From Selaginella moellendorffii (lineage: Eukaryota; Plantae; Lycopodiophyta), in assembly GCF_000143415.4 (NCBI RefSeq), contig NW_003314293.1:1032628-1096627 (forward strand): a stretch of 64,000 nucleotides of DNA, read 5' to 3'. The translations under genes and the position numbers were made by a program. Positions within the stretch are counted from its first letter, which is position 1. Every line of letters starts with the position of its first letter. Below, piece by piece: positions 27,422-41,000 of the stretch. The notes beneath the pieces were generated by a model. It saw only the letters and a program-made list of their open reading frames with translations, was not told the origin of the DNA and ran no database searches.

Positions 27422-30400
27422 CCCCCCCCCCCCCCCCCCCTTGCCCTTGTGGGGCAAGGGTTTTATACAAGGAAGATGGGGAATATTCTGAGGACCAAAA
27501 ATATTCCTCTCTCTCTCTCTCACTCTCTCGATGGCCACGCCCTAACATGTGACCATAGTGGATCGCGCTGGCTCTAGATGCATGAGAACCCACCGAAGAG
27601 TGTAAAGTGTACCTCTACTACTAATGCCAAGTGTTGGTAGTTGTGTGAAATAGTAGAAACTCTAGAAAACAAAGTGGAAAAGAAATAAAAGAGGTAGGTG
27701 TGAAGTTTGGAGACAGGGAAGAAACCCGGTGGGAAACCCTATAGTCAAACTAGACCCTAAAGTTAAAGAAAAGTGCAGAAAAAGTGTGAAAAGAGGAGGA
27801 AAATAGAGGAAAAAGAGTGAGAACCCAAAGAACTTAACCTGTACCTAGATTTTGTCTCAGGAAAGTGTAATATGCAAATGCAGCCTCTTGATGACTTCCG
27901 GTATGCTCCAAGGATTGGCCAAAATCGAGAAAGCAAGAGAGGTAGAAGTGGGGATGCGTTGCCCAAGGGTGGTAAGTGTGGAAATGATGAAAAATGGAGT
28001 GGTATAGTGGAGTGCCAAGATGGTGGTGGCACTCTGAAAAGGTGGCCATTGATAACCGTTGGCCCGTAGAGTAAGTGTTGACCTCTCGGAGTAGCCGGTA
28101 ACCGGTAACTAGTAACTAGTAACCAGTAACTAGGGGCCTGTAACCGGTAACCACCTGCTCTCACTCCTACTCCTGCACCTACTCTAGCACCGATATGGTG
28201 GAGTGATATGATGGAGCGCCGAGATGGTGGTGGCACTCTAAGAAGGTGGCCATCTTTGAAATAAGAGTAACTGAAAAAGGCAGCAACTGAAAAGGATGGT
28301 GTGGTCGCTGGGTTGCCGGTAAAGGAAGGTGGCATGTGTCCACTAAGCGCTGGAGCAAAAGAAAGTCACTTCGGCTTCTATGGCCTCACCTAAAGATCCA
28401 CCTAGGTGCCTTAAGTGAACAGGTTCACCCGGTTGGAAGAAAGTCGCTCCAAAAAAGCTCGTGCATCGTCGGCAAATGGTCATAAGGATATCTCGGAAAC
28501 AGCACGTCCAAATGAGGTGGTGTCTTTTGCTACTGGTGCACGTGACATGATGTAAATGTGACCTCAAATAGAGATATGAATGATGGTGAAAGAATGAAAG
28601 ATGCAAGATGGGCATCTAGATGGAATTGTGAGTGTAGATGATATGGAATGGGTGAGGGGAATGTGTGGAGTGTAGTAATGGTAAGGGAAGGGCCAAAGAA
28701 CTTGGAACATAGACCGGGCCAAGTGAGGAACCTCCATACAAATAGCAATGTAGCTTGAGCACAAAATCCAAGGCATGGGCCATGGTCCAATGGAGAAACA
28801 CCCTCTGAAAGTAAGAAAAGGAGTCATGAAAGTAAAGTGAAAGAAAAGAGAAAAAAGAAAAAGAAGAGAAGAGGAATGCCTCACCGAATGAAGCGTTTGA
28901 GGTGAGAGTGGTTATGAGCGTGTGGGAGCTCACGTCCATCAACATCAACTAGCACATATGCTCCACCTCCGATATGTTGTTGGATAAAGTAGGGGCTGGT
29001 CCAGCAAGGGGAGAACTTTGAAGGCGGCGTAAACTCCTTGAGTAGAACAAGATCACCATCCTCGAATGGTTCTGCAGACCGCTGGTGACCAATGACTGAC
29101 TTGATCTTCTACTTGCCTCGAAGGAGATGTTCCGATGTGGATCGTCACTGTTCTTCCAAGGCAAGAACCTCCAAGTCACATGCATAAAGCTTGTTCTCAT
29201 CGCTAAGCTACATCGCTGCTGCGTATTGAAGTGAAAGTGGGAGTGATGGCACTTGTATCTCCATTGGAAGCACGGCCTCTGTCCCATAGACAAGGGAGAA
29301 TGGGGTTGCAGAGATGGATGTCTTGAAGGACATCCAAAAGGCCCACAACGCAATAACCAAGTGCTCATGCCAATGCCTTGGGTGATCCTCCACAAGCTTT
29401 GAGATGACTGTCTTCAATATCTTGTTGCTGGACTTCGCCTGGCCATTGCACTCAGAATAATAGCTGTTGCTCTTCACGTGCTTGACCTACAGCTGTTGGA
29501 GAAGATGTTGCATATCCTGTCCAAGGAAGCCGTTGCCACGATTGGAAATCAAAATAGCAAGAACTCCGAATTGGCAAATGATGTACTCGTAGACAAACTT
29601 TACTATAGATTGTTGATATTCCTATCATAGAGGGGTGGCCTCAACCCATTTTGTGAAATGGTCCATCGCCACGATAATGTATCGTTGTCCTTTTGAGCTC
29701 GGTGGGTTGATCGGGCCGACGAAGTCAAATCTCCACTGGAAAAAGGGGCCCGGAGAAGTGATGAGCTGAAAAGGAAGACGTGTAACATGGCTTCGAGGGT
29801 TGAACCATTGGCACTGCTCATAGGTCTTGGCATAGGCCAAGCTGTCCTGGTGAATTCGAGGCCAAAAGTAGTCATGGCACAAGAGAAGCTGTGTTGTGAC
29901 CCGTCCCAAGAAATGCCCCACACAAGAGTGGAAAGCGCGAAAGAGCTCAGGGACCTCATGTTCATCCACACACCACAACAAAACTTCCTGAGAAGTCCTC
30001 CTGTAAAGGTGTCCATCGAGAAGGCAAAACCCCTGTGCTCAGATCTCTAATGCCTTTTGTTGCACTGGTGAGGAATCTGCTAGGAACTGACCTGAATCCA
30101 GGTACACTGCAATGTCCTGTAATGCTGCTGGGACCACAAAGGAAGTAGCTTTAGCAACCAGGAACTCACTCAGATCCATCACACACTTCTGCCACATGTG
30201 AAAAGTTGGCTGGAACTCTTGGATGGTCACAATCCAAGATAAAGTATGAGGACTGTGAACTAGTCGCTATAAAAGAAAGGTTAGCACATTGAAATAGACG
30301 TGGAAATGGATACAGGCTCTAGTGAGAAAGTGACAAAATCACTCTAAGGTGTAAACAACAACCATTGCTTCTTTTTCCGCATCCATATACTTCTTCTCAG

Positions 30401-31339
30401 TCTCCTTGAACGAATGTGAGGCATACTATGTCACATGTGGGGGCTTGCCAGGCTGTGAACATTGGCAAAGGCATACTCCAAAAGCCTCTATACCCGTTGT
30501 GATGTAAATGTCAAAAGGAAGTTGTCGCTCTGGTGGTTAAAGTACCGGGGCTGTGCGGAGTGACTGCTTCAGTGATTCAAAGGCTTGTTTCTGGGACTCA
30601 CCCCCAGACAAATGGAACATTGTGTTGTAGTAGAGCTATCAAGGGCCGTGAACATGCAGCATAGTTGTGGAGGAAACAGCGAAAGAAACCCATTTGCCCG
30701 AGGAAGTTGCGAAGTTGCTTCACGTTGGTTGGTGGGTTCCAATCCAGAATCTCCTAAGCCTTGGCTACCTAGGGCTTGATCCCATCCTATGAGACATCAA
30801 AGCCCAACAGCTGGCCTTTAGTCACCTCGAATTTACACTTTTCCGGGTTTAATGAAAACTTATGTTGTCGGCAGCGAGTGAAGATCTACTCCAAGTGCAC
30901 AAGGTGGTCCTCAAAGGAGTTAGAGGTTGTGCACAGATCATCCATATACACCCTCAAGGCACCTCCAATCAAGTCGTGAAAGGCGTGGGTCATAAAGGGC
31001 TGAAAAGTAGCTCCAGTGTTACACAAGCCAAATGAGAGGAAGTTGAAAGCGAAGACGCCATAAAGTGTCCGAAAGGCCGTAAGATCTCGATAATCGGGAT
31101 GAATGAAAATCTGGTTGTACTCTGAAAAGCCATACATGAAAGAGTAGTAATGGTGTCCAGCCATCTCATCCACAATCGCATTAATAAATGGAGTCGGAAA
31201 GTGATCTTTCGCAATTGCCTTGTTCAAGTCTCGAAAGTCAACGTAGAGGCAGAGTTTTCCATTTGCCTTGTGTGCAGGAACAAGATTGGCCACCCACTCT
31301 GAGCTCTCCAAAGGGTAAATGCTCAGAGTGGGTGGCCAA

Positions 31340-34300
31340 AGTAAATGCCCAAACCATAGGCCTGTTGAACATCTATGCCCCGGCATCCCGCTCCACCTCA
31401 CGAGCACACTTCTTCCGAATTCTGCAGCGTCGTCTTCCAACCGGAATCAAAGATTGGATCCTGGCTGGTGACTTCAATTTTGTGGACCACGAGGAGGATA
31501 AACTGGGAGGCATAATCCAGGATAGACGTACACGTGCGGAACGCCTTGCATGGAACTCGTTCCTCTTACAGATTGGCATCTGCGACACTTACAAGATCCC
31601 AGGTCTTGTGACACATGAACTGCACTTCACATGGCGAGAACGTCAATGCAGAGGCATACAACGTCGTCTGGACCACTTCTACCTCACCATGGACCTGTGC
31701 ATGCAAGGGGGGAAGTTGGACATCGTCAACACCTACACGGACTTCTCGGACCACCATCCAATTAGACTCACACTTCCCTTTTGAAGATCGAGAGGCCCAA
31801 GGAAGCCAGTTGGCATACCCAAGAAGTTCTTTGAGGAGCAAGTCAACAATAACCAGACGCACGAGCAATGGGAAAAACACAAGGGGAACCTACACTCCTT
31901 CACCCTTCAAATCACTCAAGAGGCTCGAGCCAAGATCCGGAAAGATAGGAGAGGTGTCTTTAACATTGTCCAAAAGGTTTGGAGAGTCCTGGCCTCGATC
32001 AACACTGACCTTCGCAGTAACCTGGATGACTCGTGGCTACAAGCTCAAAAAATCCAGGTTAAGCGCCAACTGGAAAGGATAGAGGCCGACAAGATGGAAG
32101 CTTTTCTAAAAGTAGGACACATCAAATGGCACGCAAGCGAGCTCGCGCTGAACAGGGAGTTCTATCGATCCATAAGATCTAAAGTGGTCTCCTCACCAAT
32201 GTTCAGATTGAAGGATGAACAAGGGCAACTGCACACAAAGATTGACGGCATGCACAACATGGCAGAACACTACTACTCCCAGCTTTTCAAGGAGGAACCA
32301 TGGGATGAGGTCAGGCAAGAGAAACTTGAATGAGTGCTGGAGCATATCCCAACCAAGTACACCCCAGCAATGAACACCAGACTAATGAGACCTTTCATGC
32401 TGTGAGAATTAAAGGATGCCCTGGATGACCTCAAGGACGACAAGATGCCAGGGGAGGATGGCATGCCACCAGCCTTCTACAAACAAAACTAGGAATGGAT
32501 TGGACCAGAAGTTCTCAAGATGTGGCAAGAAACCATGCGAGCTGGGAAGTGGCTGGAAGGAGCTATAGATGGGATCATTGCGCTGATACCAAAAAAAGGA
32601 GATATGTCCCACCTCAAGAACTGGAGGCCCATCTCTATGCTGAACACCATGTACAAGATTGTAGCAAAAGCCTTAGCATCACGCTTCAAGTCTCTGCTCC
32701 CAGAAACGATCAAGGAGACACAGAACGGATTCGTGGATGGCAGGAAAATCATGGACAATCTCCTAACAGTCCTTTTGGCGCAAGAACACACCAAAGACAT
32801 GGCCGAGCAGATCGCAATCATTCTCCTGGACTTCGAAAAAGCTTATGACCGGGTGGATTGGAAAGTTCTCCAGGCCATAATGATCAAGCAAGGAGTCCCT
32901 CTGCAGTTCGTGGAATGGACAGCATCCTTGCACCACTCGGCATCGAGCAGGGTTACAATCAATGGAACCATGGGACAGTCTTTCAAACTTGAAAGATCGG
33001 TCCACCAAGGCTGCCCCCTCGCACCATACCTATTCCTGTTTGTTGCGGATGCTCTAGCCTACTACCTCGCCCGACCAAAGGGCCCGAAAGGTATGCCCCT
33101 TCCAGGCTGTGGCTCCGTGCTTCAGGACATGAACGAAGCCTCAAAGGAGGACCTCCTATCATCAGCCTTTGCAGACGACACAAGCCTGATCGTGGAGGGA
33201 TCACCGGAGAACCTCTCAAACGCAAAAGGGACCTGGACTTCTTCAATGAGGCCATGGGATAAAAAATAAACTAGCAGAAATCGGTAGGACTATGGCTCCC
33301 CCCCAGCAGACCTCCAACATGGGGCACGGAGCTGGGCTTCAAATGGCTGGACACAAAGGAGACCACCCACTACCTTGGTTTCCAAGTCGGACACCAGTAT
33401 GATCCAGAACCTCAGAACCAAAAAGCAGTTACAAATCTAAGGGATCAACTCAAGTTCTGGACGAGCAGAAAACTATCATTCTCAGCACACTATGTGGTGG
33501 CAAACAGCATCCTGCTTGGAGCAATCTGGTTCCTTGCAGCATGCTGGAACATGGACAAGCGAACGATCCAGGAAATGAACCAACTCATTCAAACCTATGT
33601 CTGGAAAGGCTCCTCTTGCGTCTCACGTGGTGGAGCAAAGGTCAACTGGTAGTCAGTAACACTTCCGAAGCATGAAGGGGGCCTCAATATTATTGACATC
33701 GAAGAACAATGCAAGGCTCTCCTCTTCAAGATTTTCACGAGGATGCTCATGCCTGGCAACCAACCATGGAGAACACTGCTGCGAGCACAACTTTTGAAAG
33801 TCCTCCTAGACAGGAATGAGCACACTAGACAAAATTGGGCGACAGATGAACAATGGCTCTTCTCGGAAACCAAACTCAAAATGACAAAGGCTCACACATT
33901 CTCAGGAAAGCTGTTCAAGCTCTGGAGGCAATTCAAATGCAAGCTGGAATGTAAACCACCTCGTACCAAAGAACAATTGGACCGACAGCCAATTTTCCTG
34001 AGCAAACTCTTCGTTGTCAATGGTAAAATGCTCGGAGCTTCAAAGGATCACGGCCTGGACCAGACATGCAGAGACCTGCACAGAGCATGGATGAGAACCT
34101 TTGTAGAGGCAGACACCATGATCCAGCCCAACTAGACGGCCAACAACTGTGACCGAATCAGTGCCTTCTATGGATTAACCATCTCGGAACACAGGATGCG
34201 TAAATTCCAGACAGCCTTTTTAGCAGCCAAACACCCATGCCTTGAATGACTAAACCTGCAAGAAGACCAATACCATCGATGGTGGAAGGTGGACGAGTTG

Positions 34301-36113
34301 ATTGTATGTGCCCTCCCCAACATGGCATCGGGACTAATCTTTGAGGCAGAACAGGCTGGACGCTTGTACCCCATCATCACCCCTGAGTACGAGGACCTCC
34401 CAGATATGAGAAGAGCTAAACCGATCAGAGTGATTCAAATGGAGAAAAAAACTGTCAACATTGATCCATTGATCCCAGAAAAACAATATGCTCGCCTCTA
34501 CTGGTTCCGCCAACAAACCCTGGATGAACTCAAGTGGGATCCTGCAGAGTGGCATTGGAGAGGAACCACATGCAAGGACTTCTTCCAGTACGAGACCAAG
34601 CTGGGCCGAAAACTGATCAGGGTGCCAACTCGATCCTCCCTCTTCCAAAAAGCAAAGGCCCAACAGATCCACTCCAGGAACCACTCACACTGCATCAACA
34701 AGATCTGGAAGGGGCACTGGTCAGCTAAGAACCGCTACTTCATGTGGTTGGCCCAACAAGAACGTGTTCCCTCTATGGCGGCCATACATCTCCCGAACAC
34801 AGCCTGCAAGACCTGTGGCGCCACAGAAACACAGCGACACATCTTATAGGAATGTCCGGCAGCACAGGAAGTATGGGAAGGTGCAGCAGCAGTACTCAAA
34901 CGAACGTCAACCGGAGGAGCTGCAATCACATACGAATTAGCGCTCTGGGGTAGCTTCATCCAGGGAAAAACAAAGAATCCTGATGCATGGAAGTGGAGAC
35001 ACAACGAGGCCCCACACTTTGATCAACTCAACCAAACCCAGACACACATTAAGCATCTCCACTAGGAGCTCTTCGATGTGCTTCGGGGATGCACACTAGC
35101 AGAGATATGGAAGGCTCGCTGGGCCAGGTTGTTCGATGACATGGACCCCTTGGCTTGAGAAACTATCTCAAAGGTTTGGTCCAAATTGATCGTCTCACTC
35201 ACGGCCCGCCTGGACATACTGATCAAACGAGGCGAGGAAGGGAAGATAGCGAAGGAAAAGGAGTTGTGGCCATTTTTTAGAGGAAGAAGCGAGGCTGGAG
35301 AAGAAGAATGGACGTGGAAACCACCAATATGGATTTGGCAGCACATGTTCAAAAACGACAGTACATGTACCTCCCTGAGTTGACAGAGTTCAACACCAGG
35401 AACTTTGGAAGCTTGGAGATCGGACATCACAGACTCGAGTACCAGTTCTACTTTGTCCCCCTCGTCCCACCCCCCCTAAAAATCTTGAAGAGCTCTTTCC
35501 CGGTTTCGAGTAGGTCGAAATCGGACTCTATGGTCTATAGAGGATAAATTAAAGCCCCATTGACAAAGGGCATAAATAAAAACTCAGACACACATTAAGC
35601 ATCTCCACCAGGAGCTCTTTGATGTGCTTCGGGGATGCACACTAGCAGAGATATGGAAGGCTCGCTGCACTAGGCTATTTGATGACACGGACCCCTCGGC
35701 TCAAGCAACTATCTCAAAGGTTTGGTCCAGATTGATCGTCTCACTTGCGGCCCGCCTGGACACGCTGATCAAACGAGGCGAGGAAGGGAAGATAGTGAAG
35801 GAGAAGAAGCTATGGCCGTTTTTTAGAGGAAGAAGCGAGGCTGGAGAAGAAGAATGGACGTGGAAACCACCAATATGGATTTGGCAGCACATGTTCAAGA
35901 ATGACGGTACGTGTACCTCTCCGAGTCAACAGAGTTCAACACCAGGAACTTCAGAAGCTTTGAGATCGGATGTCACGGACCCAAGTACCAGTTCTACTTT
36001 GTCCCCCTCGTCCCACCCCCCCTAAAAATCTTGAAGAGCTCTTTCCCGGTTTCGAGCAGGTCGAAATCAGTTTATAGAGGATAAATTAAAACCCCATTGA
36101 CAAAGGGTAAATA
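31340..36113 (+). mobile_element. 5'-truncated L1/Tx1-type LINE (ORF2 pseudogene) with a duplicated 3' end
   Basis: APE endonuclease (NIYAP, ILAGDFN, RLDHFY, SDHHPI); RT (WRPISMLN, LDFEKAYDRV, QGCPLAPYLF, FADD); zinc finger CKTC..ETQRHIL*EC. CAAAGGGTAAAT at both junctions. Inserted in the Tat RT at GFIYPL|ESSEW. Confidence 0.92.
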
Positions 36114-36489
36114 AAGCCGGCTACCAGAAGTCGCTTGATCTCCAACTTCATCTCTGAGTGAGCTACAAGGCTGAAACGTTGCATCTTTTGACAGACTGGT
36201 TTGGCTGACTCTGAAAGCACAATACTGTGCATGATTGTGTCCATGGGAACTCCTAGAAGCTGGCTGTAGTCCCAAGCAAACATGTCCTTGAAACAGTGGA
36301 GGCAATCTAAGAGCTTTGCTGCGTTTGTTGAAGTAAATGATGTGGCAATAAAGACCAAGTCTTTATCATCACCTAGGAAAACAGCATGAACCTTGGAGTC
36401 TAGAAAAACCTTGGGCTTAGAGGGCTCATCTATCTTAGATTCCTCCTTGGCCTTGGAAACCAAAGAGTAGGGAGTGCCTTTTGCCTCTT

Positions 36490-36840
36490 GCATCATGGTG
36501 ATTGCTTGCTGTGATAACCTGTCTACCCAAAAGTTTTCTTCAGGAGGGACACTTTGAAAATTCACCTGAGAGAACTCATCCTTCAGGTTGATCGCTTGCT
36601 GCCATAGCTCTTTTAGGTTCTCTTTGCGGACTTGGTATTCTCCAGTAAGTTGGCGTATGATGAGTTGCGCATCTCCAATGAAAGTGACTCATCTAAACTT
36701 GAGATCTGTGGCCAACTTCATGGCACTGATAGCTGCCAAGTACTCTGCTTCATTAGCTGATGTTGCTGGCAAAGTGATAGAGAGGTTGGCTACTTTGTTC
36801 TCCGCAGAATCAATCATCCAAACTCCAATGCCGGCACTCT
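36490..36840 (-). pseudogene. Additional (archaeal-type) RNase H of the Tat element
   Basis: AGIGVW...SANEAEYLAAI...GDAQLIIRQLTGEYQV...EENFWVDRLSQQA. Confidence 0.8.
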
Positions 36841-37149
36841 GATCAAGATGCTTCTTTGCAGGGTCATCAAGAAAGACATTGTATACTATTCTGTAAAATC
36901 TAGTTGCGATCTAACGGTTGGATCTCCAGAAAACTCAAAAAAATCTCGCGCATATCAGAATATTCTAGGAATATACTCCTATGTGCCCCTTAAAATAGCA
37001 TGCGGCCCCACGCCATTCAAGAGATAACGCCAGATGACGCCGAGCATTTTTTGGTGCATTTTTTGGGATTTTTTGTATACCATTCTTTATTTAGTTGAAC
37101 ATCTGGCATTTTTGGAAATACAAGATGCTTTGGAATATCCAATCATGCA

Positions 37150-37760
37150 TGGTGTAAATATAGCGAGGGTATTAAATGATATCCCAATCATGATCTTTTT
37201 TTTGGATTTCGCGTGCATGCAGTCCGAGGAATGATGACGTTGCGGATTTCTTTTGGATTTCACGTGCATGCATGCGCGCGGCGATCCAGAAATTAATGGT
37301 GGCGCCCAAGTCCGAGGAATGATGACATGGCGGGATTACCAACCGTCGTGACATTTCGCGCGTGTGAGGTTAGGTTTTGCATTTTGCTTCGTACTCGCGC
37401 TCGCATCGCACTCCCACTCGCGATCACGCTCACATTCGCGCTCATCTACCTTCTGTACAGGTTTCTCGTGTGCATCGGCGTCCACTCGCGCTTGCATCAC
37501 ACTCGTGCTCGCATCGCGCTCGCATCGAGCTCGTGTGCATCGGCATCCACTTCAAGACACACCCAGTTTGTAACTTCGCCGCCAACTCCGCCGCCCACTC
37601 CGCCACCCACACGCAGCCCACTTGGCGTCCCGGGAGATTTCAGCACCACTCTCCAACTGTAAGTGGCAGAGTAGCTTTGCTGCTACGATCCGCTGCACAC
37701 ACAGTGCACATTTGCCAGCGAGTCCGGCTTCGATTGTCACGCCTCCATTCGGCTTTAAAT
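37150..37760. promoter_or_regulatory. CpG-rich putative bidirectional promoter / 5' region of family 1
   Basis: Dense CGCG and TCGCGCTCGCATC repeats; direct repeat AGTCCGAGGAATGATGAC at 37221 and 37309; lies between two divergent genes. Confidence 0.4.
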
Positions 37761-38000
37761 GGTAAGTCTTTTAGGCCAAGTAGAAAATGGCATGAGGCCA
37801 CATGCCATTCAGTAGCAACATTGGCATGCACCGATTGGGCTCTCAAGTGCAATCCGGTTACAGATGGCGTGTAGCCTCATGCCATCTTAGGATGCAGCCT
37901 CAAGACATCTGATGCAGTGGTGAATGGCGTGTGGCCTCACGTTATTTCCAGCTGCTAGCTTTTCATCTGTCAGCTCTAATTGTTGTGCATTTCTGAACAG

Positions 38001-41000
38001 GCGAGGAATTGCGTTCTTCTTCCAGCCACTGTCAATGTGGATGCAGAGAAGGGGGAGGAGCTCACCAGTTGGACTTTTGGGATGGAAGGCGAGGATCTGA
38101 GGCTGTACAACACAGATGGTGGGAGAAAAGAATGCATGGGGATCCTCATCCAAGTGATAGACACTCCATGCAGTTCCATGCAAGAATATGGACTGGCACT
38201 TGTGGTAGAGACAGCGTTCGCCTTCAAGATCCACCTTGCACATCCTAGCGGCTTCCCGGAGGGGGGCAGCAGCTATGAGGAATTCCTAGAGGGAGCTAGG
38301 GAGAGGTTGTCCAGGAGGCCCACAATTTCAAAGACGCTGCGGGTCTATGAAGATCACATGGAATCCACGGACCTCACCTACGGCGATGTTCAAAAACTAT
38401 ATTCCAACATTGAGCTGTTGAGAGTGCCTCCAGTTCGCGAAGCGAAGGGGAAGGGGGTCGATCTGGAAACTACCCCGAAGCAGAAAGGGTGGTCAAGCTC
38501 AAGCCGACGTCCGACTCTTTTGCTGCAAAAAAGAAGCTACTCGGTGATGCCATTGCCTCGGGTTCGAACACTACACCCACCAAAAGGAAGAGCCGCAAAA
38601 AGCAGAAAGAGCAAGAAAAGGCAGCAAAAATCGTCGCAGATAATAGTACTTGTTACTATTCTAACAAAGTATATACAATCGACGTGAGCCGTATCGACAT
38701 CCAAAGCAAATACAACCACAGGCTAGTATTTGATGAGTGGGTGGAGAAACTGAAGCAGAAGATGCTAGCAAGTCCAGTAACACCCGACATCGCAGACGTG
38801 ATCCCCTACTACCGAACAATAAAGGGCGAGACGAGGTTTCCAGACTTGATCAATAGGAAGGTGTTGGACGATCAGAACATCCGGTTCTATGCCGTCTCCG
38901 GGCAGCATTCTAGCTTGGTGATGCAAGAGATAGTTGTGGATATTATGGTGGGCGAGGAGGTGAAGAAAGTCTTCAAGACAAGAGTTGTCCGCCTGATAAA
39001 AGGCAACTCGCCCCTCCGATCTATCATATACATCTCCCACGCGCAGAATGTCAAGCAAGAAACGTGCTACAAATCGGGTCTGCACGAGACATTGGCACGA
39101 ACAAGGAAGCTCTGGGTTCAACTGAAGAAGCCACAAAAACCAGGAAAAGGACGTGCACTAGCAACTAGCGCCTGGCAGGTAAGCCTCGTTGCATGTGGCA
39201 TAGCATATGGCCTCACGCCATTTCCATTGCAGGAATTCTTGAATCTTCTCTCGAAAACACTGGGGGTCAATGACACACTCAGCATCCATAACATTCTACT
39301 CGCGACAAAAGTTGTTTTTGACAAATGGGTAGATGTGCTGAGGAGGTACCATGACGGGGAGTTGCTAAACTCAATGGGTGTGGAGGACGGCCGGAAGCCC
39401 AATGATTTGAAGCTCAACGCCTTGCGTTTCTCGCGGTCTCTAGACGACGACGACCTTCTGACAGTGGCTAATGCTCTTCTACGTGGTGAGGTAGTCTTCA
39501 ACAAGACCAAAATGACTCCCGGCCATATTATGACATACGAGGACTTGTGCACGACTCTGAGAGCTCGTGCGCTATTGAAGGATTGGATCTTCGAGCAAGT
39601 GGCCGTGGAGAGGGTGAGCATCGACACCACGCAAGAGATGATGGAAGAGCTAGAGTTGTCAAATGAAGACATCGACGAGTACGTGAAGGGGGCCCCCAAG
39701 TTCATCGATCTGCTGCGGGATGCCACGAAAAGTAAAGCTGAGAAGTTGGATCAGTATCCAAATTTCATTAAGAGGGATGTCGACCGCCGGCTTCAGAAAC
39801 AGCTCAACCCCGCAGCAGAGGCCTATCGAGAACCTTACCGGGTATACGTGAATTCAGATGAGGATCAAAGGTGGAGGAGCATCGTTTCCTGCGGAGATGA
39901 GCAGGTCAAGAACATCTTTTGTGTGATGGACTTCACAAACGAGGAGATCACTCATGCAGATGAAGTCAGCTCCATCATTAACTTAATGGTGGGACTTGCG
40001 GAGGTGGAATCTTCAGTCCACTATATGATCTATGACTCCGAATCCTATCTCAAGTTCTAGAAGGCCTTGAACGAGGTGAAGGCTCGGTTGAAAGGCAAGG
40101 AGATGTAGGAGATCCATGGGATAATGGCTAAGAAGAAGATACCGACGAATGTCCGCATCTTCACACTCGCCCTTGTTATTGGTCCTGCAGCAGAGTGGGA
40201 CTGGAGTGACTTCCCAGCTTCGTTCAACAAGGCCTATCGAATTGATCTGAGGGAGGTCAATTTACCCATGCCTGAGGAACTGAAGACGGCTATGGAGCTT
40301 TTGAATCCAAAGAAAGCTCCAGGTGCAGCATGGGAAATGCTCAACTGGGTCTTCAACGCAATAGCCGGTGGGTCACCTGCTTCCGACTCCAAGGGCAAAT
40401 GCGTTATCGAGTACAATTGCGGCGGACTATTCTTTCGAGCCGCACTACTCAAGGGTGTCCCGTGTGTTGCGGTGACAAACTCCATTGAAGAGGTGACTTC
40501 GAAGGAGCATATAATTACAGTTGCCAAAGAAAAACAGTATCTTCTCTGCGAACTTGGTGAGTACGCACTTTAAGTTTAAATGTTATCTCACAAGCTCTAT
40601 ATGCAGGAGCGTGGCCAGCCCCAGATGCTGAAACGGCGTTAACAGCTACTGTTGAAGATACCCATGTTGGGCCGAGCTCACAACCTGCACAAGGTAAGGT
40701 CACGTGAGGCCTCACGCCATTTTGATTATAGATCGTTGTGAATATTCAGACACGAGGACTGAAAAGCGCACTGGTAGCGCGTCGAAGAAGGACAAACAGA
40801 CAAGCAATAGGAAAAAAGGAGGTACAAATTATATTTGCAATGGCGTGTGGTCTCATGCCATTCCTTGCAGGAGACACTTCTTCAAAGGCAAAACAGGCAA
40901 GCACCAACCAAGCTCAAACTGACAGTGGTCATAAAAAGCGAAAGCACGTTGGACAGTCGTCGGGATCAGAGGCGTTTGATTCGAAAAGGAAGAAGGGCAA

